64,000 nucleotides of DNA, taken from NCBI GenBank assembly GCA_035577025.1, contig DATLVU010000058.1, positions 129,866 to 193,865 of the forward strand, in the 5' to 3' direction. How positions within the stretch are numbered: position 1 is the stretch's first letter; every line of letters starts with the position of its first letter. The notes under the pieces are model-generated. The model was not told the DNA's origin, made no database searches, and saw only the letters and a program-made list of their open reading frames with translations. The translations under genes were made by a program, and so were the position numbers. Source of the stretch: Gemmatimonadales bacterium. GTDB taxonomy: Bacteria > Gemmatimonadota > Gemmatimonadetes > Gemmatimonadales > GWC2-71-9. Shown here piece by piece: positions 18,020-26,920 of this stretch.

Positions 18020-18136
18020 GTCAGCACGACCTGGCTTGCTGAACTTCTGTGAACGGGATACCTGGGGGATGGTGTAGCTGCTCGAAAAACGGAGGAGCTG
18101 GTCAGGGATGGGTAAGCGGGGAAGGGGTCGCCATCC
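18020..18136 (+). repeat. Decayed duplicate of the DUF2779 3' end fused directly to the Smr 5' end
   Basis: 18049-18102 (tgtgaacgggatacctgggggatggtgtagctgctcgaaaaacggaggagctggtc) aligns to 16311-16367 (tgtgagcgggatacgtgggcgatggtgaagctgctggagaagctggaggagctggtc). It is followed immediately by the exact 34-bp Smr-start repeat at 18103-18136. Confidence 0.7.
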
Positions 18137-18156
18137 TGGCTCCCGCGGGCGAGGCC

Positions 18157-19608
18157 TCAGGGCCGTTCGTAAGCGTAAAGCGATGGGACCCTGAGCGCTC
18201 GGTAAAACTGGATGCTTCCCGCCGCCGAACTGACGAGCGCCTCCTGAGCGACGACTGCCCCTGCGCGGTCGACCTCGTCCACCTGCCCCGCGTAGCCGAA
18301 GCCAACCACGGTGTTGCCGTTCGCCAATCGTTGCACCGATCCCATGATGGGACTGACGACCGGGGGACTCGGCTGATATTGCCAGACCAAACGCGCCACC
18401 ATCGCCCGGGTATCGAGTTCATACTCGACGGCGCGCGCATCAGCGGGCGTCGACCGCACGCGATCGTCGAGCAACAGCAGGTGACCATCCTCCAGGACGC
18501 GCACGGAATGCTGGCCCTGAAATCCTCCGAGGAGATCGTTCTCGATCGCGAACTGGTTATGTCGCCCGCCGAAGCGCCACAGGAACGCCCCCGTTCCAGC
18601 GTCGATTTTGGCGATCTCGTCCATCGCCTGTAACGACAGGATGTAATTCCCATCGCGATCGAGCTCGAGGGAGCTCGGGTGGACGAGGTCGCGCGCCGCC
18701 AGTGCCTGGACGGCCGGGGACGGCCAATCGGTGGGCGAGTAGTGATCGCCGGCGTTCCAGACGAACTCGACAGTGCCGGCGGCGCTCTGGCGCTGGATGA
18801 AATGCATCGCCAAGGGGGCGCTCGATGAGCCGCCGAAGGCACTGAGGTCCACTGGCCGGATGTCGTATCCGATCAGGTGCACGGCCGCGATGCCCGTTTC
18901 GCCGAAGTCGAGCAGCATCTCATGCGGATCGGTGTACGACGGGGCGGTCACCTGAAACCGGTGTACTTCCTCACCGCTCGGCGCCAGCTCGACATAGCCG
19001 CCGTACGAGGGCGCCCACCCGTAGGAGCCCCCCACGTACACGGTAAAATTCCCGCTCGGCTGCTGCTTTGCCTCGACTGCCCAGCCTCCCTCGACCTCGC
19101 GATACCAGCGGAGCGCACCTGTCTCGTCGAACGCGAGGACGAATCCGGTGGTCGAATCGGCGCTGAAGCGGACGGGAACGATGAGTGTGTAGCCAGGCGA
19201 CGGCCTGCCGGTGACGGTGAGGTGCAAGGCTTGGATCGCCGTCGGGATCGCGCCCGACGTGCTGGTGACGGTCGCGGACGTCGTGGTGCCGCCGGGACCG
19301 ACCGCGGTGGCGCGCAGCGCGTAGGTCGTCGCGGGCAGCAGGCCGAGGACGACGATTCGCTGCACCTCGCCGCGAACCGGCTGCCACGGAGTGGCTCGCT
19401 CCTGCTCGGTAGCGCTCGAGTAGAGCACCTGGGCGGAGTCGGCGCCGGTGACTCGGAACGTGGCCACCGCCGAGAGGGCGTTGTACGAATTCGCTCCAAC
19501 CGCCAGCTCGGCGATCACTGGTCGAGCGGGCGAAACCGTCAGCTCGTCGCCGGCGCACGCGGTGACCAGCAGCATGAGAGCGGGAAGGGGACGGAGCCGC
19601 GCGCTCAT
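18157..19608 (-). CDS. Arylsulfotransferase (ASST)-like beta-propeller lipoprotein
   Basis: The start at MSARLRPLPALMLLVTACAG contains a lipobox. ASST-like blocks are present (HPSSLELDRDGNYILSLQAMDEIAKID, FQGQHSVRVLEDGHLLLLDD, ANGNTVVGFG). Its start overlaps the upstream gene's stop by 4 nt. Confidence 0.8.
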   Translation of the reverse strand: MSARLRPLPALMLLVTACAGDELTVSPARPVIAELAVGANSYNALSAVATFRVTGADSAQVLYSSATEQERATPWQPVRGEVQRIVVLGLLPATTYALRATAVGPGGTTTSATVTSTSGAIPTAIQALHLTVTGRPSPGYTLIVPVRFSADSTTGFVLAFDETGALRWYREVEGGWAVEAKQQPSGNFTVYVGGSYGWAPSYGGYVELAPSGEEVHRFQVTAPSYTDPHEMLLDFGETGIAAVHLIGYDIRPVDLSAFGGSSSAPLAMHFIQRQSAAGTVEFVWNAGDHYSPTDWPSPAVQALAARDLVHPSSLELDRDGNYILSLQAMDEIAKIDAGTGAFLWRFGGRHNQFAIENDLLGGFQGQHSVRVLEDGHLLLLDDRVRSTPADARAVEYELDTRAMVARLVWQYQPSPPVVSPIMGSVQRLANGNTVVGFGYAGQVDEVDRAGAVVAQEALVSSAAGSIQFYRALRVPSLYAYERP

Positions 19609-21476
19609 GGGGTGCGCCTCCGCGAGGTCACCGCCCCGGCGCGTGGCTTGCTCGGAGCCGGCGAGCTGACGGTCCACAGCTTCGCCCGCGGACGGCCATT
19701 ATCGTTGACGGTGCCCACGATCTGCTGCAGGTCGTTTACGCCGGACGCCGCCCCCGAGGAGACCGAGAGCAAGTCCACGGTGTTAGGGTCCGGCCAGAAG
19801 ACGGGGTGCGAAGTCCACGAAGCAGATCCGGCGATGCCAGCCGCTTGGCCATTCGTGTTGACGGCCCTGGCTACGCCGTAGTATCCCCCCTGCAGGAACG
19901 CGAGCAACTGGAAGGATCCTGCTGCGGACCTCAGGTACGCAGTCGTCGTGACTCCGTTAGCGCCATCTTGCAGGTCACCGACGATGTCACCCCGCGAGTT
20001 GATCGCCACGGCATCGCTGAACGAGCCCAGGTGGAGATCCACGAGGCCGGCCGCCGCGGTCCAGCTGAAGGCGAACGGGATCGATACGACGTCGCAGCCC
20101 GACGTACTGCACTCGGTGGATGAGAAAAATGCGGTGCCCACGACTTGTTCTCCGTCGTTGATCCCGTACGCCTGGGCGGTGTCAGCCCCGAGCTGCTCGA
20201 TGACGCCCGCCGCACTCCAGCGAACCGCGTGGATCGCTCCCGACGCGTCGTCAGAACTGCCGACGACCGTCCCCCCCGCGTTGATCGCGAGTCCCCAGCT
20301 CGACGTCCCGCCAGGAAGGACGCCGAGATCTTGCATGCCTTGCGCGGAGCTCCAGAGGAAGGCGTGTTGAGCACCGCTTGCCGTGGTCGAAGCGCCAGCG
20401 ACTTGACCGACGCCATTGACCGCCAAGGCGACGCTAGAAGCGCCGCCAAGCGTGCCGAGGTCCACCATCCCGTTGCCTACGCTCCATCGGAATGCGTGGT
20501 TGTTGCCCGATGTGGTCGCGCTGGCGCCAACCACGACGCCCGCGTTGGTGATCCCGTAGGCTGCTGCCGTCCCGCCGCCGAGGTCGCCCAGGTCGGTCTC
20601 CGTAGCACGAGCGAGCGCCAAGACGTAAACGGGCCCTTGCCCCGGCGAGAACCGCGTCGCCTCCGCAGTGATGGTCGCCACGCCCCCCGCCACGGCAGTC
20701 ACGAGGCCGGTCATCGGATCGACCGTGGCTGCGCTCGGGTTATCACTGCTCCACGTCACCGCTGGACCGCCGGGAAAGACGTTGCCGTTGAGGTCACGGA
20801 ACTGCACGCGGAGTTGGAGCGTTGCGCCCGGCGCGAGGTCGCCAGGGAGATTGAGAATGTCGATCTGTCCGATGTTTGGCGCCTGCAGCACCGCGATCGC
20901 GGCATTGCCCTGCTTCCCTTCACTCGTCGCGCTGACGGTGACCCTGCCGATGCCAACGCCCTTCACCAGGCCCGCGGCCGACACCGTGGCCACGTTGGGC
21001 GCGCTCGTGCTCCAAACAACCGACCGCCCGCTCAGCGTGTCGCCGACCGCGTCCCGGGGGATCGCTTGCAGCTGCAGCGAATCACCCTGCGACACCGATG
21101 CCGCGCCAGGCACGACTGTGAGCGATACCAGTGGCCCCGTGCTCACGGTAATCGTCGCCGAGCCGCTCTTCTGCTCACTCGTCGCAGTGATTGTGGCCCT
21201 GCCCGCCGTCACCGCGGCCACAACGCCTTTGCCCGAGACCGTGGCGACGGCGCCGTCACTGCTCTGCCACGCGACGGCACGGCCAGGCAACGAGTTGCCC
21301 GAGGCATCTTCGGGTGTCGCAGTCAGCTGCATGGTCCCGGCCATCGCGAGCGTCGCCGAATCCGGAGTGACGCGCACGACGGCTACGGGCGTTAGCGCCG
21401 CGGGGTTCGAACACGCCTCGGTCCGAAGTGCCGCGGCGACTAGGACCAATCCGACCAAGCGGAAGCACCTCTTCAT
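19605..21476 (-). CDS. Lipoprotein with three Big_2 Ig-like domains and C-terminal HAF-family extracellular repeats
   Basis: Lipobox LRTEAC. Three units of the type V.P....L..G.T.QL.A...D..G......V.W.SS...VATVS..G.V.A...G.A.I.A. About six HAF-type repeats are present (NHAFRWS..GMVDLGTLGG, QHAFLWSSAQGMQDLGVLPGG). Confidence 0.8.
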   Translation of the reverse strand: MKRCFRLVGLVLVAAALRTEACSNPAALTPVAVVRVTPDSATLAMAGTMQLTATPEDASGNSLPGRAVAWQSSDGAVATVSGKGVVAAVTAGRATITATSEQKSGSATITVSTGPLVSLTVVPGAASVSQGDSLQLQAIPRDAVGDTLSGRSVVWSTSAPNVATVSAAGLVKGVGIGRVTVSATSEGKQGNAAIAVLQAPNIGQIDILNLPGDLAPGATLQLRVQFRDLNGNVFPGGPAVTWSSDNPSAATVDPMTGLVTAVAGGVATITAEATRFSPGQGPVYVLALARATETDLGDLGGGTAAAYGITNAGVVVGASATTSGNNHAFRWSVGNGMVDLGTLGGASSVALAVNGVGQVAGASTTASGAQHAFLWSSAQGMQDLGVLPGGTSSWGLAINAGGTVVGSSDDASGAIHAVRWSAAGVIEQLGADTAQAYGINDGEQVVGTAFFSSTECSTSGCDVVSIPFAFSWTAAAGLVDLHLGSFSDAVAINSRGDIVGDLQDGANGVTTTAYLRSAAGSFQLLAFLQGGYYGVARAVNTNGQAAGIAGSASWTSHPVFWPDPNTVDLLSVSSGAASGVNDLQQIVGTVNDNGRPRAKLWTVSSPAPSKPRAGAVTSRRRTP

Positions 21477-21612
21477 AGGACCTCCCCGATGTCCTATGGA
21501 ACGGAGACGGGCGGAGCGATTGCGCGGGTGGGAAGAGCGACTCGGGCCTGAAGATCAAACGGCCCTGCGCAGCTAACACTGCGCAGGGCCGTAGATGGAT
21601 TCTCCTAAGTCC

Positions 21613-22983
21613 TCACGGTCGGCGGGCCGCTTTCCAGGTGCCCGTGACGGCCGAGCCCAAACAGGTCGAGATGGTGCCGGTCAACGACGTGGGAGCAAGA
21701 CCCGTGAAGGACGCAAAATAGGAACACCCCGCGGTTCCGAAACTCAACCCACCCCCGTTGCCCGATTGTCCGACAAAGCCGTCCAACACCGGACCTGACC
21801 CGCTGTTGTCGACGGTACCGCTTGGACCAGTGCAGGATCCGACCCAGTTGGCGGACCCGGTGAACCCCCCACCTACCTGCGCAAACACGGAGGTCCCTGT
21901 ATCGGCGCAGCTGACGCCCCCTGAGGTATAGGTGTACGCGTCGGTCCAATCCCACGTCCCGGCGATCCTGACGTTCGTCGGCGGCACCACGCGGATCGGG
22001 TACGCTACCGCCGAGAACCCCGCTACGGTGGCTCTGATCGCATCGACGCCCGACGACGTCCTAGCGGTCACCAAGCCGGTTTGGGACACGCTCAACACCG
22101 CGCCGGTATCGGCCGCCCAGGAAACCGTGCCCGGCAGCGTGACAACGTTGCCGGCCGCGTCTTTGGCCTCCGCGATCAGTTGCAGCGTACCCCCCTCGAG
22201 GATGACGGCATTGCTTGGCACGATGTCGAACGAAGCCACCGCCCCTGGTTGGCTACCGGTTGTGAAGGTCACCCCTGACGCCTGATCCAGCGGGGCCCCG
22301 AGCGTGCTGGTGACAGCAGTCGTGATCACCAGGTTGTACTGGGTAAGGGGCGCGAGCACGGCGGCTGGCTGGAAGGACACCTCGAACCCGTCCGGTGCGA
22401 GCACCGGCGCGCCGGCCACCGCTTGACCATTCTGCAGCAGTTGCACCGTCTGCGCCGTCACGGTGCTCGGCGCCACGGGCTCGCTGAACACGGCGAGAAT
22501 CGACGCATTCAGCGGCACATCGGTCCCACCGGTCGGCTCCGTCCGCACTACCCGGACCGGGCGGATCGCCCGCACAACCTGCGAGGCTGCTTTGGTATTA
22601 CCTGCGCTATCGGTGGCAATGACGATGAGCGTGTCGCCGACGTTGGCGGGGACCGGGACCGGATTAAAGCCTCCATTCGTGAGACTGCCCTGATACAGGC
22701 CGATGCCGGCTCGGTCTTCGATTCTTACGCTGCTGCCCCGCGGCACCGTCCCGGGGAGCATAGAGACGTAGACAACGCTGCCCCCCGACGCGCCGGCGGA
22801 CACGCGTTCGGACCCGGGACTGGTCGCGGTAGGTGCGGGCAGGAGATCCGACACGATGACGCCAGAGGTGTCCGGCGGCGGGGGCGGCGGCTGCACGACG
22901 ATGCGTTCACCACCGCACCCGTCGATCCAGGCGAGCGCACCGAGCGCCGCGAGTGCGAGTCCCGCCTTCAGATTCCTGGTCAT
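21613..22983 (-). CDS. Lipoprotein with SbsA-Ig/Big_5-like and Big_2 Ig-like domains
   Basis: The start at MTRNLKAGLALAALGALAWIDGCGG contains a lipobox. Ig-like segments are present (VVRTEPTGGTDVPLNASILAVFSEPV, FDIVPSNAVILEGGTLQLIAEAKDAAGN). The C-terminal Gly/Thr-rich Cys-containing domain is unassigned. Confidence 0.7.
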   Translation of the reverse strand: MTRNLKAGLALAALGALAWIDGCGGERIVVQPPPPPPDTSGVIVSDLLPAPTATSPGSERVSAGASGGSVVYVSMLPGTVPRGSSVRIEDRAGIGLYQGSLTNGGFNPVPVPANVGDTLIVIATDSAGNTKAASQVVRAIRPVRVVRTEPTGGTDVPLNASILAVFSEPVAPSTVTAQTVQLLQNGQAVAGAPVLAPDGFEVSFQPAAVLAPLTQYNLVITTAVTSTLGAPLDQASGVTFTTGSQPGAVASFDIVPSNAVILEGGTLQLIAEAKDAAGNVVTLPGTVSWAADTGAVLSVSQTGLVTARTSSGVDAIRATVAGFSAVAYPIRVVPPTNVRIAGTWDWTDAYTYTSGGVSCADTGTSVFAQVGGGFTGSANWVGSCTGPSGTVDNSGSGPVLDGFVGQSGNGGGLSFGTAGCSYFASFTGLAPTSLTGTISTCLGSAVTGTWKAARRP

Positions 22984-23029
22984 AGCCACCTCCCGCACCG
23001 TTGTGACGTCAGGTGCACCGCGATAGTCC

Positions 23030-26000
23030 TCATAAGCCGCCGTTCAGCGTCACGCCTCCCCAGTAGAACGGATCGCCGGTACTCGGATTGCGCAGGACCG
23101 CGCGCTGCGCGTCTGCCAGGGCATCAACCTCCGAACGCCCCGCCGCCAGGTCAGCGTAGAAGCGCTCCATCAAGCCGGCCATCGCCCGGTCCTCGACCGG
23201 CCACAGCGTTGCCACGACGTTTGAAGCGCCAGCGAAGAGGAATGCCCGGACGAGTCCCACCCAGTCGTCGCCCGCCGGCACATCGGCCAGCGTACCGGAG
23301 CCGAGCCCGGTCTGACACGCGGACAGCACTACGAGTCGGGCGTTGAGGAGAAGACCGAACACGTCGTGCACCTCCAGCCGACCGTCGTCGGCGCCGTGCG
23401 GGGCGAGCTCGACGAACGAAAACAGGGGGTTGTCTTTGTTGAGCACTCCGAATGTGGCGAGATGCAGGATCGATGCACGCGGCGCCGAAGCAACGAATGC
23501 CAGTCGAGATGCTTCCGGGCCGACCAGCACGTGCGCCCGATCTCCGTAGATTCGGCCAATGGTGGCGACCTCGACCCGCGAGCCCGGCAGCGCATCCGCG
23601 CGGGGGGCGAGGGCCAGAACGCTTCCATCGCCAGACCGAGCTGGCCGCTCCCTCAACCGCAGCCAGACCGAAGCGGATGGCACGGAAGCCAGTCGGTAGC
23701 GCTCCACCAGGAACCGTCTTGGCGGCCCCGGCAGGCGCAGCGCTGCGAACGGGAGATAGTGCAGCTCGCCGTGAGGCGCGATGAGCAACGTCTGCGCCCG
23801 CTTCAGTAGCCCGGTGGCTTCGATCGGCTCGATGAGCGTTCGATACAGGCGCTCGAGCGGTGCCTCCCAGGGGACGGGAGCCCCAGGCGGTGCGGGATGG
23901 GCGAGGACGCCCCGAGCGAAGTCGATGAGACCGTTGAGGGCCCGCCGGTCGATACCGAGGTCGAGGGCAGTAATGGTGTCCGCCGTCACGACGAACACGA
24001 GTGTGGTCGAGTCGCTCACCACGTACTCGAGCAACGCCTCATCGGGGGCAAGTCGCGACGACACATCGCGCCATGACGCGAGCGCGCCACTCACGAGCGA
24101 AGCGTACTCCGGCTTTGCCGTCCGCATGGTGAGCAACAGATCAGCGTAGGCGCCCTGGGCGCTCGCCAATGCCTCCCGGACAGCGCCCGATGCCGGCGCT
24201 GAAAGCGGCGGCCCGCGGAGCCCGGGTGACACTCCCTCGGGCGACTCCAACCGGCGTGTCAGCTCGGTGATACGTCTTCTGAGGTCTTGCTCGCGCTCGG
24301 CGAGCGAGTCGTCGCCTGTGCGCGACCACGCGACGCGTCCGCGCGCGAGCAGGTCCAGCAGCTGCCGCGCCCGCAGTCGCTCGCTCGCCGCAAACGCCGA
24401 GTCTGGATGTCCTCGAGCCCGCTCGACGACCGCGAGCTGGGCGTAGACATCCCATTTGTCGGCGAGATACGTCGAGCGGTACTCTTCGAGCGACAAGCGA
24501 CCGGAGACGCGCTCCGTTTCCGCCACCGCGGCGCGCAACTCGGTTGCCGCTTGGTCGAGTGCGCCTCGACTCCGGAGCGCCTCACCCCAGCCGGCATGCA
24601 GCTGCCAGGCGACGTCCGGCGCCAGGCGATCGCCGATGCGGGCAAGGCCGCGCTGGTAGAGCGACTCCGCGGTCAGCGTCGTGCCGCTCGCGGCCTCGAG
24701 ATCGCCGAGCGCGCCAAGCGCCGCTGCCTCGCCAATGGGATCGTGGACGGCCTGCAGTGAATCAATGGCTGTGATGAGGCTACGTCGTGCCCCCGCGGTA
24801 TCACCCTCCTGCCGCTGGGCGGTGCCGAGCAGTATTCGCGTTACCGCCGCCGACCGCGTGTCGCCGAGCGTGCGCTGAGTGCGCAGGGCGAGCGTGAGGA
24901 GCGCCTGGGCGCCGGCATAATCCTCCCGGGCAAGCCGCAGGTATGCCCGCCCGTGCTGGGCCTCGGCTAGCACGGCCCCATCGCCGGCCCGTCGGGCGAG
25001 TCGCTCGGCACGCCCGTACTGACGATCCGCCTCGGCGAGGTTGTTGAACTCGACGTCGAGATCGGCCCGCGTCAAGGCGAGCTCGGCTTGGAGCGCGAGG
25101 CGTTCCCCCCTCGCCGCCGCGAGCCGCTCGGCGCGCCCCAACTCACTGAGCGCCCCCTGCAGGTTTCCCACGGCCGCGCGGGCATCGACCAGGTCGCGCC
25201 GCACGGCGACCTCCGCGACCAGGGGACCGGTTTCGTGATAGATACGGAGGGCTTCTCCGAGATTTCCGAGCGCGGCGGCGTAATCCCCACGTCGCAGCGC
25301 GAGCCGCCCCAGATCGTGCAGCACCGAGGCCGTTTCCACACGATTGCCACGCCCGCGGTAGATCGTCAGCGCCTCCGCGTACCGCGCGTCCGCGTCGGCA
25401 TAGTCGCCTTCCAGGCTGGCGACGCTCCCGAGATTGACGAGGTTCAGAGCCGCAGGCTCGAGACGCCCATCCCGACGATTGACTACCAAGGCCTCGGAGA
25501 ACGCATGCCGGGCACCGGCCAAGTCGCCGAGCTTCTCGGCGATCAGCCCAAGGTTGTTGCGGTCGGCCGCGGCTCCACGAGCGTCGCCGGTGCGCTCCCG
25601 CAGCTCGCCCGCCCGCGCGTACAGCTTTCGCGCGCGGGCCAAGTCACCGCGGTCCTTGCTGACGCTCGCCAAGTTGCCGATCGCATTGCCCATGGTGCGC
25701 CAATCGCCGATGCGCTCGGCCCAATCCCGCGAGCGGTCGAATTCCACCTCTGCACTATCGAGGCTGCCTTCGTCGTAGAACCCGCGACCCAGGTTACCCA
25801 GTACCGCCGCCGCGCCAGCCGTGTCGCTCGACGCTAACGAGCTGCGCAGGCTCTCGCGCCACAGGCGCATTGCCGCCGCCACGCCCTTCCGGCCCAAGGC
25901 TTCATTTCCAGTGCGGCGCAGGCTGTCCGCCGCGACCTTGGCGCGCCGCTCCGCGGGCGGCAATGACCGGTAACGGGCGACTTGGCGCAGGAGGAAGGAA

Positions 26001-26269
26001 TCGCGCCACGTGACCGCATATGCTCCGGCGAGACGGGTCGCCGCCGCGAGTGACACGGCCTGCAGGGTGTCATGGGAAGGCGGTGCGGCAAGCGCAAATA
26101 GCCGCCGGAGCGCGTCGCGAATGTCGTCCGGCCGCTCCTGGGCCCGCACGACGAGCACACTGTCGGGGGCGTCACGCGCCAGGACCACCAGCGATTCGGC
26201 GCTCGACATCGCAGGCGCCTGCACCGCCATTGCGGCGAGCAACCACAACGGCGAGGCAACGAGCATCAC
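23030..26269 (-). CDS. Secreted TPR-repeat CHAT-domain (caspase-like) protein
   Basis: 1079 aa. Signal-like N-terminus MMLVASPLWLLAAMAVQAPA. More than 12 TPR-like repeats are present (e.g. NLGLIAEKLGDLAGARHAFSEAL). C-terminal CHAT blocks are ILHLATFG...LVVLSACQTG...ATLWPV.D. Confidence 0.85.
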   Translation of the reverse strand: MMLVASPLWLLAAMAVQAPAMSSAESLVVLARDAPDSVLVVRAQERPDDIRDALRRLFALAAPPSHDTLQAVSLAAATRLAGAYAVTWRDSFLLRQVARYRSLPPAERRAKVAADSLRRTGNEALGRKGVAAAMRLWRESLRSSLASSDTAGAAAVLGNLGRGFYDEGSLDSAEVEFDRSRDWAERIGDWRTMGNAIGNLASVSKDRGDLARARKLYARAGELRERTGDARGAAADRNNLGLIAEKLGDLAGARHAFSEALVVNRRDGRLEPAALNLVNLGSVASLEGDYADADARYAEALTIYRGRGNRVETASVLHDLGRLALRRGDYAAALGNLGEALRIYHETGPLVAEVAVRRDLVDARAAVGNLQGALSELGRAERLAAARGERLALQAELALTRADLDVEFNNLAEADRQYGRAERLARRAGDGAVLAEAQHGRAYLRLAREDYAGAQALLTLALRTQRTLGDTRSAAVTRILLGTAQRQEGDTAGARRSLITAIDSLQAVHDPIGEAAALGALGDLEAASGTTLTAESLYQRGLARIGDRLAPDVAWQLHAGWGEALRSRGALDQAATELRAAVAETERVSGRLSLEEYRSTYLADKWDVYAQLAVVERARGHPDSAFAASERLRARQLLDLLARGRVAWSRTGDDSLAEREQDLRRRITELTRRLESPEGVSPGLRGPPLSAPASGAVREALASAQGAYADLLLTMRTAKPEYASLVSGALASWRDVSSRLAPDEALLEYVVSDSTTLVFVVTADTITALDLGIDRRALNGLIDFARGVLAHPAPPGAPVPWEAPLERLYRTLIEPIEATGLLKRAQTLLIAPHGELHYLPFAALRLPGPPRRFLVERYRLASVPSASVWLRLRERPARSGDGSVLALAPRADALPGSRVEVATIGRIYGDRAHVLVGPEASRLAFVASAPRASILHLATFGVLNKDNPLFSFVELAPHGADDGRLEVHDVFGLLLNARLVVLSACQTGLGSGTLADVPAGDDWVGLVRAFLFAGASNVVATLWPVEDRAMAGLMERFYADLAAGRSEVDALADAQRAVLRNPSTGDPFYWGGVTLNGGL

Positions 26270-26862
26270 TTACTCACACTGCGAGTGATCGTGAACGGGG
26301 TCAGGTCCGAGGCCGCCCAGCGATCGAAGCCGGTCCGGGCTTCCACTTTCCAGTAGTAGGCCACGCCCGGGGTCAGCCCCACCGCCCGGGGAGCTGCCGC
26401 GGTGGTGTCCCGCACCTCGGCCTCCCACAGGACCGCCCCGCTGGCATCGAAAAGGCGCACGCGGTAGCGATCCGCTAGCGGTACGCTGGTCCATGCCAGA
26501 CTATGGACGGCGAGCACCGCCCCTCGTGGGGTGATGGGCGTCGGCGCCGCCGCTCGGGTGATCGGAGCTTCGCGGTAGGCGGATCCGGGCAGCGAGTCCA
26601 GGCCCCCCGGCCGGATCACGAAGACCAGGACGGCGGCGGCCGCAGCGGCAATGCCGAGGCCGCCGACCCACCGCCGGCCCGAAGAGCGCCCGCGGAGCAG
26701 GCGCAGCGCGTCAACGATCTCTGAGCGACAGGCGTCGCAGTCGCCGAGATGCGCCTCGATACGAGCCCGCTCCGATTCGGACACGGCTCGATCGAGGTAG
26801 GCTGCGGTGTCCTCGCTCGTCAGATGGGATACGAGATCAGCAGGCCGCACACTTGCCTCCAA
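26266..26862 (-). CDS. Anti-sigma factor (zf-HC2) with single TM and FN3-like periplasmic domain
   Basis: HLGDCDACRSE motif, TM segment WVGGLGIAAAAAAVLVFVI, and a C-terminal beta-rich domain. Its stop overlaps the CHAT gene start by 4 nt. Confidence 0.75.
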   Translation of the reverse strand: MEASVRPADLVSHLTSEDTAAYLDRAVSESERARIEAHLGDCDACRSEIVDALRLLRGRSSGRRWVGGLGIAAAAAAVLVFVIRPGGLDSLPGSAYREAPITRAAAPTPITPRGAVLAVHSLAWTSVPLADRYRVRLFDASGAVLWEAEVRDTTAAAPRAVGLTPGVAYYWKVEARTGFDRWAASDLTPFTITRSVSK

Positions 26863-26920
26863 GGGATGTCATGGAGCCATCGCATAGAATGACACGGACG
26901 CGGGCGACCCTTTTGATCGC

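Noticed and set aside
17600-18160. tRNA-associated genomic island or prophage
   Set aside because: The repeats and the half-tRNA copy suggest past recombination. However, no integrase, excisionase, transposase or phage gene is present within the repeats or nearby, so I report only the rearrangement footprint.
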